A stretch of 32,091 nt of DNA, taken from contig JAXINV010000027.1 of NCBI GenBank assembly GCA_034190465.1, positions 1-32,091 of the forward strand, given 5' to 3'. Under the pieces are notes generated by a model, which made no database searches, was not told the origin of the DNA, and saw only the letters and a list, made by a program, of their open reading frames with translations. The position numbers were made by a program, and so were the translations under genes. Position 1 is the first letter of the stretch. Every line of letters starts with the position of its first letter. Source of the stretch: Candidatus Asbonarchaeum danakilense. GTDB lineage: Archaea; Nanohalarchaeota; Nanosalinia; Nanosalinales; Nanoanaerosalinaceae. Positions 1 through 8,736 of the stretch are shown piece after piece.

Positions 1-213
1 TACTGCAAGAAAACCAAGTCGTTCTTCGAGGACCACGACATCGACTACACCGAGCACAACGTCGCCGAAGACCGTGACAAAGCCCGTGAGATGATCGACC
101 TGTCCGGGCAGCGGGGCGTCCCCGTCACCGTCGTCAGCGAGGGCGACGACGAACAGGTTATCGTCGGCTTCAACCAGGACAAACTCGAAGACGCACTCGG
201 CATCGAGGCATAG
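1..213 (+). CDS. Glutaredoxin/NrdH-redoxin-like protein, 5'-truncated by the window edge
   Basis: Frame 1 translated by hand (absent from ORF track): YCKKTKSFFEDHDIDYTEHNVAEDRDKAREMIDLSGQRGVPVTVV...IVGFNQDKLEDALGIEA*. It contains the end of a CxYC motif, the GQxGVP cis-Pro motif and the C-terminal GF. Confidence 0.85.
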   Translation, partial: YCKKTKSFFEDHDIDYTEHNVAEDRDKAREMIDLSGQRGVPVTVVSEGDDEQVIVGFNQDKLEDALGIEA

Positions 214-314
214 CCGGCCACTTCTCCCCTCATTTCCCATAGCCCCAGCTCTATCCAGGCCATCGTGGACCAGGTCGACATCCTGACTATGAACGTCAAC
301 AAGGCACCGGCCCC

Positions 315-809
315 TCACTCATACTCCACATGGATACGCGACCCGGGACGTAGCGGCGTCTCCCTGTACGTATCAACCCGTTCTCCATCCACCGAAACCG
401 TCAGCGTATGACCCGCCGACACCACGTGACCGAACAGCTGGTCGCGGGTGAAATGCCTGTGCCACACATCGAAAAACTGTCCCAGCGTGTACGTCGTATT
501 TGAAACCGACGTCACATGGACCACGCCCCCGCTACTATTCGTATACACCTCCCTCAGACAGTTGCCCGGTGCATGGCCTACATCAGACGGGATCGGATAC
601 CGTTCGCCATCGATACTGACACTGATACGGAGCGTATAGTCCTGCTGCACCTCCCGCGCCGGATTAAGACACGGCACCGTAGGCAGGCCGTGGTACATCC
701 TCCGGTTCTCAGAAGCGGTGTATATCCCGTATGACACCGCCAGCACCAGGAGAAAGACACAGGCACTCGCCACCAGCCGCTGCCGCCGCGTCATATCCAG
801 CTGCTTCAT
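315..809 (-). CDS. Membrane-anchored hypothetical protein (N-terminal TM, two Cys, TLGQFFxxW motif)
   Basis: 164-aa ORF whose ATG overlaps the upstream DoxX stop (ATGA at 806-809). Resembles an uncharacterised family I recall from CPR bacteria and some archaea. Confidence 0.7.
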   Translation of the reverse strand: MKQLDMTRRQRLVASACVFLLVLAVSYGIYTASENRRMYHGLPTVPCLNPAREVQQDYTLRISVSIDGERYPIPSDVGHAPGNCLREVYTNSSGGVVHVTSVSNTTYTLGQFFDVWHRHFTRDQLFGHVVSAGHTLTVSVDGERVDTYRETPLRPGSRIHVEYE

Positions 810-1876
810 GCCGGCTCACCCTTGATATACCTGTGGTAATGGCCTTCCAGCTTTTCATGGAGCCACGGGATCAGCTTCCCATCCAGACTGAGCCTGTCCT
901 GCGTATTGATAATGAGATTGAACGAAATGCCGTACAGGATCAGATGCGGCCACAGCAGCTCCTGGAAGTAGAACAGCGAAATCGTGATGAAAAACAACGA
1001 CAGGAGCGTCGTCCACCGCACCGTCAGCCCCAGCAAAATCAGCAGCCCCACCAGCACCTCGCCCACCCCGAAGAACGCAGCCGTCCACTGCGCGCTCGCC
1101 GGGAAGAACTGGCCCAGGTGGTACTGGTGAAACACCTGCACAGCGATATCTTGGTGCAGGAACTTGATCGTCACACCCGCATAGATCAGCGCAACACCGT
1201 AAAAAACGCGGATGATCGGGATCTCAAGGTCACTGAACCTGTCAAGCCAGTCAAACACACTCCGGTCCCGCTCACCGAACAGCAGCCCATCCAGCGACAG
1301 ATGCCGCGACCCGAACAGCACCAGCACCAGCAGCTCCCCCAGATAGTTCGCATACGTCAGCAGGTACTCCCCGAACTGGAACGCCGTTATCGTGAACAGC
1401 ACCAATCCCGCCACAGCAGCCGTCTCCACCAGAAAGCCCGTCAGAAGCATCACACCCACCGCAAACAACACAAACTTCAGCACATGCGGGAACGGCAGCT
1501 GGAACAGCGACAGCTCCGGTCCGAAAATCGTATCCGTATACGCCGCGAACAGGAACGACAGCCCCACAGCAACCCGGACGAGAACCGGCCCGTACTTCTC
1601 CCCGTGCTTGATGAACGTATCCACAGTATAGCCCGTCTCCGTCGCGATAAACAGCATCTCCACCAGGTAGGTAACCCCTACAAACCCGAACACACCAAGC
1701 GTCAGCCAGATATAGTGGTGTAATGCAAGCGGTGCAAGCGGGTTCGCCGTCGTCGATGCAAGCCCCTCATGGAACTGCTCCTGCGGCACCGTATAGGCCT
1801 CATGTCCCACAGCCGGCTGGACGAAAACCAACTCAGCAGCCAGCAGGAACAGCACCCACCGTGTTGTGCGCTCCAT
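806..1876 (-). CDS. DoxX-family multi-pass membrane protein (two DoxX-like repeats)
   Basis: Signal-like N-terminus followed by HEAY; two repeats of 'R..G...Y/F.A...' followed by 'G..L..G..(R/E)'. Start placed at ATG 1876 (MERTTRW). Confidence 0.75.
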   Translation of the reverse strand: MERTTRWVLFLLAAELVFVQPAVGHEAYTVPQEQFHEGLASTTANPLAPLALHHYIWLTLGVFGFVGVTYLVEMLFIATETGYTVDTFIKHGEKYGPVLVRVAVGLSFLFAAYTDTIFGPELSLFQLPFPHVLKFVLFAVGVMLLTGFLVETAAVAGLVLFTITAFQFGEYLLTYANYLGELLVLVLFGSRHLSLDGLLFGERDRSVFDWLDRFSDLEIPIIRVFYGVALIYAGVTIKFLHQDIAVQVFHQYHLGQFFPASAQWTAAFFGVGEVLVGLLILLGLTVRWTTLLSLFFITISLFYFQELLWPHLILYGISFNLIINTQDRLSLDGKLIPWLHEKLEGHYHRYIKGEPA

Positions 1877-2019
1877 CACTCCAGCACCACCAAACGACGC
1901 CACCACCCCGTCTACCGTGGAAAAAACGTCGTCCTACCTATACTCTGCCGGGGGGTCACGTATAAAGGTTGCCTCACTCTCCCCACATATTTATTAGCCT
2001 CCAGTGCAGGCACAGTATC

Positions 2020-3219
2020 ATGGCGCTGGGAGGCCTCCTTCCACCGATCAGCCCCGACATGCTGTTCCTCCTCTTCCTCTCCCTCATCTACCTATTCACC
2101 CTCGTCATCGGCAACCTGCTGGAACGGATCAGAATCCCGTGGATCTTCGCCGCGCTCATCCTCGGCGTGCTGATCGCCCCCTTTACCCTGCCAGCGGCGA
2201 TGACGGGTGAGACGTTCCGCTTCCTCGCCCAGCTCGGCATGTACTTCCTGCTGTTCCTCATCGGCTTCGAGATCGACCTGCACGAGATGCTGCAGGAGGG
2301 CCGACACATAGCCGGTGCCGCGTTCTTCATCATCCTCCTTGAAGGCGTGCTCGGCTCGCTGATGATCCATTATGTCTTCGGCTACGCCTGGCCGATCGCC
2401 GCCCTCGTCGCAGTCTCGTTCGCCACCGTCGGCGAAGCGATGCTACTCCCGATCCTCGACGAGTTCGACCTGATCGACACCTCGCTCGGCCAGCACATCG
2501 TCGGCATCGGGGTCATCGACGACGCGATCGAGATCACCGCCGTCATCCTGACCTCCATCCTCCTCGGCGCCGCGGCCGGCCAGCACCACGTCGACATCGG
2601 GATCGCGATCGGTTCGCTCGGCCTCCTGTTCCTCCTCGCCTACGGCCTGACCCGGCTCCGGGAGGAGGGTAAACGGCTCAAGGTCACGGACGTGGAGGAC
2701 ATCTTCCTCATCGTCGTGTTCATCTTCTTCCTCTTCATCAGCATCGGCAAGTTCGCCGAGGCAGCGGCACTGGGTGCTGTCCTGGCCGGTGTCGCCACCC
2801 GGAACTTCATCCCTGAGGAACGGCTGGAACCGATCGAGGACGATCTCAAATCCATCGCCTACGGCCTGTTCGGCCCGATCTTCTTCGTCTGGGTCGGTGC
2901 CGAGACCAACCTGGCGTACCTTGCCGCCAACCCGATGCTCATCCTGCTCGTCGTCGCCGTCACCAATGCAGCGAAGATCCTGGGGAGCTGGGTCGTCGGC
3001 CATGACAGGTTCGGGACACGGAAATCCGTCTTCATGGGTATCGGGCTCTCCGTCCGGTTCTCCACCTCGATCGTCATCATCAAGCTTCTGCACGACGGCG
3101 GGGTGCTCGATACGGGGCTGTACTCCGTCCTGATCGCGTCCACCATCGTCTTCAAGTTCCTTGTCCCGTTCCTCCTCTCCCAGCTCGTCGGTCGGTGGGA
3201 CATCCAGGGCAAGGCATAA
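2020..3219 (+). CDS. Cation:proton antiporter (CPA2, Kef/NapA-like)
   Basis: About 12 TM segments; LLFLIGFE, GIGVIDD and PIFFVWVG motifs. AT-rich box at about 1988-1996 precedes ATG 2020. Confidence 0.9.
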   Translation: MALGGLLPPISPDMLFLLFLSLIYLFTLVIGNLLERIRIPWIFAALILGVLIAPFTLPAAMTGETFRFLAQLGMYFLLFLIGFEIDLHEMLQEGRHIAGAAFFIILLEGVLGSLMIHYVFGYAWPIAALVAVSFATVGEAMLLPILDEFDLIDTSLGQHIVGIGVIDDAIEITAVILTSILLGAAAGQHHVDIGIAIGSLGLLFLLAYGLTRLREEGKRLKVTDVEDIFLIVVFIFFLFISIGKFAEAAALGAVLAGVATRNFIPEERLEPIEDDLKSIAYGLFGPIFFVWVGAETNLAYLAANPMLILLVVAVTNAAKILGSWVVGHDRFGTRKSVFMGIGLSVRFSTSIVIIKLLHDGGVLDTGLYSVLIASTIVFKFLVPFLLSQLVGRWDIQGKA

Positions 3220-3244
3220 AACTGGAAGACACCAACATGGTCGT

Positions 3245-4633
3245 ATGCCGGACGACGGCGGACTGGGTCTCACGGAGGTCATCGCACTCGGTGTCGGAGG
3301 ATTGATCGGGGGCGGTATCTTCGCCGTCCTCGGTGTCGCCGCCAAGATCGCAGGGAACACGGCCTTCCTCTCCTATCTCGCATCAGGCCTCATCGCGACG
3401 TTCTCAGCGTACTCCTACGCACGGATGACCGGACACCTGCACGAAGAGGGCGGGTCGTTCACCTTCCTGGAACACTACGTCGAGAACAACCACATCGCCG
3501 GCATGGTGGGATGGGTCCTCATCGTCGGCTACGTCGGTACCATGGCGATGTACAGCTTCGCTTTCGGAGCATTCGCCGTCACCCTGCTCGGCGTCGAAGG
3601 CCTGCCCTTCATCCGTCCTGTCCTCTCTATCGGCGTGCTCGTCCTGTTCATCGGCATCAACCTGCTCGGCGTGGAGGAGACCGGTGCCTCCGAGGACCTG
3701 CTGGTGTACGCCAAGGTCGCCATCCTGCTCCTGTTCGGTGCGGTCGGTATCTACGGTATCGTGACCCGGCCCGACATCGTGCTGTTCAAAGGCGGGCTGT
3801 TCAACAACGGCATGATCTCACCGTTGCTCGCGATCGGAGCAATCTTCGTCTCGTTCGAGGGCTTCCAGCTCCTCACCTACGAGTTCTCAGAGATCAGGGG
3901 TGGTGTCGATACCCTGACCAAGGGGGTCCTGGCATCCGTCGTCATCTCGACCCTGATCTACATGCTGGTCGCGTTTGTCACCACCAACCTGGTCCCGGCC
4001 CAGGCCATCCTCCAGCACAAGGAAACGATCCTCGCCTATGCAGCCGGGCAGATCTTCTCGGCCGGCCTGATCAACCAGACGTTCTTCGTCCTGGTCGCCA
4101 TCGCAGCACTGTTCTCCACCGCCTCAGCAATCAACGCCACATTGTTCGGCACCGCTCGTCTCTCCTACCGGATAGCGACCGACAACGAGCTGCCACAGGT
4201 GTTCTCCTTCCGTAACAGAGAAGGCATCCCCAGCCACGCCCTGTTGATCATCGGCGGACTGACCGCCGTCTTCACCGGGCTGGGGACACTGGAGCAGATC
4301 ACGACGTTCGCCTCGGTCGCGTTCCTCATCGTCTTCGGGATCGTCAACTGGATCTGCTTCCGTGACCCGGAGGTCGATGCCAACAACCTCGTCCCGCTTC
4401 TCGGCTTCATCGGTACAGCCGTTTCCATCCCGCTGATGATCTGGCATTTCTACCGGACGAAGCCCGGTATGCTGGTCTACATCGGGGTCATCTTCGCCGT
4501 CCTGCTCGTCCTCGAGTTCCTGTACATCGAGCGGGAGCAGATCGAGGAGGACCTGGAAGAGGTCGAACACGAGGTGGAGGGGGAGATAGACGAGATCGAG
4601 CACGAGGTCGAGGACCTGGCCGACGGCGACTGA
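3245..4633 (+). CDS. APC-family amino acid permease
   Basis: GLIGGGIF (TM1), GGSF and FEGFQ (TM6) motifs; about 12 TM; very acidic C-terminal tail. Confidence 0.9.
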   Translation: MPDDGGLGLTEVIALGVGGLIGGGIFAVLGVAAKIAGNTAFLSYLASGLIATFSAYSYARMTGHLHEEGGSFTFLEHYVENNHIAGMVGWVLIVGYVGTMAMYSFAFGAFAVTLLGVEGLPFIRPVLSIGVLVLFIGINLLGVEETGASEDLLVYAKVAILLLFGAVGIYGIVTRPDIVLFKGGLFNNGMISPLLAIGAIFVSFEGFQLLTYEFSEIRGGVDTLTKGVLASVVISTLIYMLVAFVTTNLVPAQAILQHKETILAYAAGQIFSAGLINQTFFVLVAIAALFSTASAINATLFGTARLSYRIATDNELPQVFSFRNREGIPSHALLIIGGLTAVFTGLGTLEQITTFASVAFLIVFGIVNWICFRDPEVDANNLVPLLGFIGTAVSIPLMIWHFYRTKPGMLVYIGVIFAVLLVLEFLYIEREQIEEDLEEVEHEVEGEIDEIEHEVEDLADGD

Positions 4634-4671
4634 CCCGACAATGACTTAAACCCGGCGCGGAACACTCCCGC

Positions 4672-5373
4672 ATGGCCTCTGCGGTCCTGCTCGCGTTCGG
4701 CTTTGCAGCGGTCCTCGCCACCGTCCACTTCTTCGGCGAACAGATCAACCAACACTGGGCGCAGCGGCCGTGACTCACCGAGTTCGTCACCGGCATGACC
4801 GTCACCTACATCTTCCTCCAGCTGCTGCCCGAGCTGTACAGAGGGGTCACCTATTTCGGGCACCACGCCTTCCTGCTCCCACTCGCCGGGTTCACCGGGA
4901 TGCACCTGGTCGAGAAATACATCTACAGTCATGGGAAAGACCCCGACGAACTGCGGAACGACTTCAAAGAGCTTCACTCCATCTTCCTCTTCATCTACCA
5001 CTTCTCACTGGGTATCATCGCCGTGTTCCTGCTCCGGATCTCACTCATCGAGGGCGTGCTGTTCTTCCTCCCCGTCCTGTTCCACACCGCTGCGAGCTCC
5101 CTCTCGCTCAAGGAACTGCACGAAGACATCCTGGAGAACACCGTGGTCCGGTTCCTGGTCGCGTTCTCCGTCGTGCTCGGTGTCGGCGCCGCCGTCCTGC
5201 TCGACGTGACCTTGTCCCACTACCACTCCCTCATCGGGGTCGTCACCGGGCTGTTCATGTACGTTGTCATCCGGGACTCACTCAGCGCACAGGGCGACAG
5301 CCGGCCCTGGGGCTTCCTCGCCGGCACGCTGTGCTATACCGGCATCATCCTGGCCGCCTGGAGCCTCCTGTGA
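4672..5373 (+). pseudogene. ZIP-like membrane protein interrupted by an in-frame TGA at 4771-4773
   Basis: ATG 4672 (22 nt after CTTAAA) is in frame with ORF 4795-5373: MASAVLLAFGFAAVLATVHFFGEQINQHWAQRP*LTEFVTGMTVTYIFLQLLPEL. The TM1-H...G.xvxYxFLxLLPE pattern spans the stop. Confidence 0.65.
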
Positions 5374-5379
5374 CCGCGT

Positions 5380-5712
5380 TCAGAACAGCTTTTCCTTCAC
5401 ACGGCCGAGGAGCGAGGGCGTCTCCAGCTCGTCCGGTGCCAGCTTCCCGCGTGCCACATCGACCGCGTCCTGCAGCGTCGTCGCCTGCATCACGCCGCGG
5501 AACCCCAGCTTCTGGTCGACACCCGGGCCGGTCACCACCGTCGTCGGGACCGCAGACACGCCGTGGTTCTGGGCACGTTCCTGATGCTTCGCGACATCCG
5601 TCAGCCGCACCGTCACATCGTCGCGGTCCTCGAACCGCTGCGCCAGCTCCTTCTGCGGGGGACAGTTCGGACAGGTTGCCGAGTAGAATACCTCGATCGT
5701 CACATCAGTCAT
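5380..5712 (-). CDS. Thioredoxin-family protein (archaeal MJ0307/MTH807-like)
   Basis: IEVFYSATCPNCP active site and GVSAVPT cis-Pro motif; divergent from trxB. Confidence 0.88.
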   Translation of the reverse strand: MTDVTIEVFYSATCPNCPPQKELAQRFEDRDDVTVRLTDVAKHQERAQNHGVSAVPTTVVTGPGVDQKLGFRGVMQATTLQDAVDVARGKLAPDELETPSLLGRVKEKLF

Positions 5713-5720
5713 CGTTCCAC

Positions 5721-5773
5721 TGTGTGTACAATTGGCACACAAACTACTTAAGGGTTGCCCTCATTGACTTAAG
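5721..5773. promoter_or_regulatory. Divergent promoter region of trx/trxB
   Basis: Two palindromic CTTAAG TATA-like boxes (5747-5752, 5768-5773); inverted repeat TGTGTG-N9-CACACA at 5721-5741. Confidence 0.5.
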
Positions 5774-5794
5774 CATCGGCACAAGGGAGTGACC

Positions 5795-6757
5795 ATGGCA
5801 GACAGAGAACTCATCATCGTCGGCGGCGGCCCGGCCGGAAGCTCGGCAGCGGTCTACGCCGCGCGGTCACGGATCGACACACTCATGATAACCGAAGACT
5901 TCGGCGGACAGCTGCTGCTCACCGACTCCGTCGAGAACTACCTCGGCTTCCCGCAGGAAACAGGCAACAGCATCTCACAGAAGTACGAGGAACACGTCAA
6001 AGACTACGACGTCGACATCCAGCGCAAGCATGTCGACACCGTGGAAAAAAAGGACGGCGTCTTCCACGTCACGAAGGAAGATGGCGAAACCGTGACAGCA
6101 GAGGCCGTCATCGTCGCCTGCGGCACCACCGCCCGCACATTGGACGTGCCCGGCGAAGAGGAGTACACCAACAAGGGCATCGGCTACTGCGCCGTCTGTG
6201 ACGGCCCGCTGTACCAGGACGAGACCGTGGCCGTCATCGGCGGCGGGTACGCAGGCACGGAGGCCGCCGTCTTCCTGTCCGACATCGCGGAACAGGTCTA
6301 CCTGGTCAACTACGGCGACGAACTCAGCGGCGAGCCGATCACCATCGAGCAGATCCCCGACCTGGACAACGTCGAGGTCATCCACAACGCCGACACACAG
6401 CGGTTCTACGGCAGCGACGACGGCATGAAGCAGCTGGAAGGCCTGACCTACGAGGACCGGCAGACCGGCGAGGAACACGGCCTCGACGTGGCCGCGGCGT
6501 TCATCGAGATTGGGCGGACCCCGAACTCCGACCTCGTCGCGGACGCGACGAAAGACGATGAAGGCAAGATCCTGACCGACAACCACTGCCGCACCTCCGT
6601 CAAAGGCCTGTACGCGGCAGGCGACATCGCGGACATCGAAGCGGAGCAGGCGATCGTCGCGGCCGGCGACGGCTGCAAGGCAGCGCTGGACGTCGCCACG
6701 TTCCTCAAAGACAAGGAAGCCATCGACTTCGACCCCGACGGCGGGAGAGACGCGTGA
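5795..6757 (+). CDS. trxB: Thioredoxin reductase (low-Mr type, FAD-dependent)
   Basis: GGGPAG FAD motif, GGQ...VENYLGF, YCAVCDG redox disulfide, TSVKGLYAAGD. Confidence 0.92.
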   Translation: MADRELIIVGGGPAGSSAAVYAARSRIDTLMITEDFGGQLLLTDSVENYLGFPQETGNSISQKYEEHVKDYDVDIQRKHVDTVEKKDGVFHVTKEDGETVTAEAVIVACGTTARTLDVPGEEEYTNKGIGYCAVCDGPLYQDETVAVIGGGYAGTEAAVFLSDIAEQVYLVNYGDELSGEPITIEQIPDLDNVEVIHNADTQRFYGSDDGMKQLEGLTYEDRQTGEEHGLDVAAAFIEIGRTPNSDLVADATKDDEGKILTDNHCRTSVKGLYAAGDIADIEAEQAIVAAGDGCKAALDVATFLKDKEAIDFDPDGGRDA

Positions 6758-6835
6758 TCACGTCGATCAAAAGGAGCAGGGACGCTGCCGCTCGATACAT
6801 TTTTATGCCTGTGATCCGCGTGCTACCGTAGAACC

Positions 6836-6964
6836 ATGGCGATGTACAAGTGCACCGAGTGCGGGTACGAGTACGAGGACGAGGTCCACGAACCGCCAGC
6901 GAGGTGTCCGTTCTGCAAGGCGCATACCGACGAAATCCCCGACCTCTGGAACGAGATGGAATAG
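6836..6964 (+). CDS. 42-aa rubredoxin-like / zinc-ribbon microprotein
   Basis: Hand translation MAMYKCTECGYEYEDEVHEPPARCPFCKAHTDEIPDLWNEME* with CxxCGY...CPxC; TTTTAT box about 30 nt upstream. Too short for the ORF track. Confidence 0.8.
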   Translation: MAMYKCTECGYEYEDEVHEPPARCPFCKAHTDEIPDLWNEME

Positions 6965-6979
6965 AAAGAAAAAGAGAAA
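6965..6979 (-). terminator. Oligo-T tract downstream of the ZnF-wHTH gene
   Basis: AAAGAAAAAGAGAAA on + strand reads as a T-rich tract on the - strand just past the stop at 6995; typical of archaeal intrinsic terminators. Confidence 0.4.
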
Positions 6980-6994
6980 CCGTGGAGGACGGAC

Positions 6995-7435
6995 TTACTC
7001 GTCCCCCTTCTCCTCCTTGTCCTTCGGCCACGTAACCTCGACCTCGGGAAGGAGCGCGCCGACGTGTTTCTCGACGGAGCCGCGGACGCCCTCGACCCAG
7101 TCACGGGTCTCCTCCACGACCTCATCGACGAGCTTCGGGATGTGCTCCCGGCCCGGCTCGGTGATCTCGTAGATCGTCTTCTTGCTGGACTCCACGTTCT
7201 TCCGGATGTAGTCCTCGTCCACAAGATCGTCGAGCCGTTCCCTGACACGCGACTCACTCCAGTCCACCGAGTCGACAAGTTCCTGGACCGACTGCTTGCC
7301 GTTGTCGATCATCTCCAGCAGGACGACCTGCTCCCGCTTCTTCTCCGTCGAGCCGTGGACCCGGCTCTTGTGGACGTTTAGGCCTCTGCTTGTATCGAAC
7401 GACTTCCCGCACTTCGAACATTCGTGGTCTGCCAT
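6995..7435 (-). CDS. C2H2 zinc finger + winged-HTH putative transcription regulator
   Basis: N-terminal CSKCGKSFDTSRGLNVHKSRVH; central SVQELVDSVDWSESRVRERLDDLVDEDYI...YEITEPGR (wHTH with wing). Confidence 0.8.
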   Translation of the reverse strand: MADHECSKCGKSFDTSRGLNVHKSRVHGSTEKKREQVVLLEMIDNGKQSVQELVDSVDWSESRVRERLDDLVDEDYIRKNVESSKKTIYEITEPGREHIPKLVDEVVEETRDWVEGVRGSVEKHVGALLPEVEVTWPKDKEEKGDE

Positions 7436-7557
7436 GATGATACACCTGACGAAAGGTTGGCGCCACCTGCATTTAAAGCTTCGAGCAGCTCCCGCACAAC
7501 CGGTTTAAACATTCCCATCGAACCCTCTCTCCCCGGCCCCCCGGGAGCGTGATACCT

Positions 7558-8235
7558 ATGGACCAACTCGCACAGCTACTCGACCGGAACACCGAACATG
7601 TCAAACGGATGGACGACGCCTTCGACGATCTGCAGGACGGGCAGGCGCCCGACCTCGTCACCGTCTGCTGCTCCGACTCCCGTGTCCTGCAGGACGACAT
7701 GGTCGACAACGACGAACCAGGCCACATCTTCACCTGCGGCAACATCGGCAACCGTGTTATCCAGGAGACAGAGGAAGGACGCGCGGTCTCCGGCGACGTC
7801 CTCTACCCGATCGCACACACAGAGACGAAGACGGCACTCGTCATCGGCCACACCGGGTGTGGCGCCGTGACCGCGACCTACCGGGACATCACGGAAGGCC
7901 TCGACGAACCGGCAGGCATCCAGCACTGCATCGACCTGCTCCGCGAGGAGCTGGAAAAAGGTATCGAGGCGCTGCCCGACGGGCTGGACGACGAGGCAGC
8001 GGTCAACCACCTCGTCGAGTACAACGTCGACCGCCAGGTGCAGGCACTGCTGGACAGCGACGAGGTACCTGACGACGTCACCGTCGTCGGCGCGGTCTAC
8101 GACTTCCAGGACATCCACGGCGGCGAACGCGGTGAACTCCACGTCATCAACGTCGACGGCGTGACTGAAGTGGACCGGCTGCAGGACCAGCACCCCGCCA
8201 TCGCTGACAGGGTGGACCGGCGCTGGGAGCGCTGA
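7558..8235 (+). CDS. Beta-class carbonic anhydrase
   Basis: CSDSR and HTGC zinc-ligand motifs, NIGN, EYNV..QV. Confidence 0.92.
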   Translation: MDQLAQLLDRNTEHVKRMDDAFDDLQDGQAPDLVTVCCSDSRVLQDDMVDNDEPGHIFTCGNIGNRVIQETEEGRAVSGDVLYPIAHTETKTALVIGHTGCGAVTATYRDITEGLDEPAGIQHCIDLLREELEKGIEALPDGLDDEAAVNHLVEYNVDRQVQALLDSDEVPDDVTVVGAVYDFQDIHGGERGELHVINVDGVTEVDRLQDQHPAIADRVDRRWER

Positions 8236-8283
8236 ACCCCAGGGTCTAACGGACGTTAACCTGGCAGGGGTCTCGGCCGAAGG

Positions 8284-8360
8284 TTATTAAAGCAGGCGGC
8301 AGCACTCACGGGCTTGAATTCAATAGCACTGGCGCCTGTGCGGATGGTTAGGTATTAAAA
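8284..8360 (+). promoter_or_regulatory. Tandem TATA-like boxes upstream of the ATP synthase operon
   Basis: TTATTAAA (8284-8291) and TATTAAAA (8353-8360); the latter is 27 nt before ATG 8387. Confidence 0.5.
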
Positions 8361-8386
8361 GATTGTCCGTGGAACCACAGGTAGCG

Positions 8387-8707
8387 ATGTCAGCCAGCAC
8401 CGTCGACGAGATTTCTGATGTCGAGGACAAGGCCCGGAAAAAGAAAGAGGAGGCCCGTGAAACCGCCCAGCAGAAGATCGAACAGGCGCGTGAACGGGCG
8501 GACGACATCATCGAGGAGAAAAAGGACGAACTCGACGACCTGAAGCAGGAGAAGATCGAGGAGGCGCGTGACGAGGCAGACGAAGAACGCGAAGAGATCC
8601 TCGAGCAGGCAGAACAGAAAGCCGAAAAGCTCCGTGAGAAGGGCGAGGCCAACCTCGACGACGCCGTCGACATGCTGGAGGACCGGTTCCGCAGCCAGTT
8701 CGAGTGA
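8387..8707 (+). CDS. atpH: A-type ATP synthase subunit H (G), peripheral stalk
   Basis: E/K/A-rich coiled coil of about 106 aa in first operon position. Confidence 0.85.
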   Translation: MSASTVDEISDVEDKARKKKEEARETAQQKIEQARERADDIIEEKKDELDDLKQEKIEEARDEADEEREEILEQAEQKAEKLREKGEANLDDAVDMLEDRFRSQFE

Positions 8708-8729
8708 CAAAGGGAGAGTGACAAAGGGA
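8702..8729 (+). repeat. Perfect 14-nt tandem duplication GAGTGACAAAGGGA x2
   Basis: Read directly: 8702-8715 = 8716-8729; the first copy contains the atpH stop. Confidence 0.9.
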
Positions 8730-8736
8730 CAGACCG

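Noticed and set aside
731..1723. 330-aa Q/R/H-rich ORF on the + strand
   Set aside because: Antisense shadow of the DoxX gene; its composition mirrors hydrophobic codons on the other strand.
4530..4633. Repeat-like EHEVE tail of the APC permease
   Set aside because: Short low-complexity acidic tail typical of halophile proteins; not a mobile or regulatory repeat.
4771..4773. Selenocysteine or genome-wide TGA recoding
   Set aside because: TGA is the normal stop for most genes here (atpA, atpB, atpD, pdh genes), and the position does not look like a Cys-equivalent redox site.
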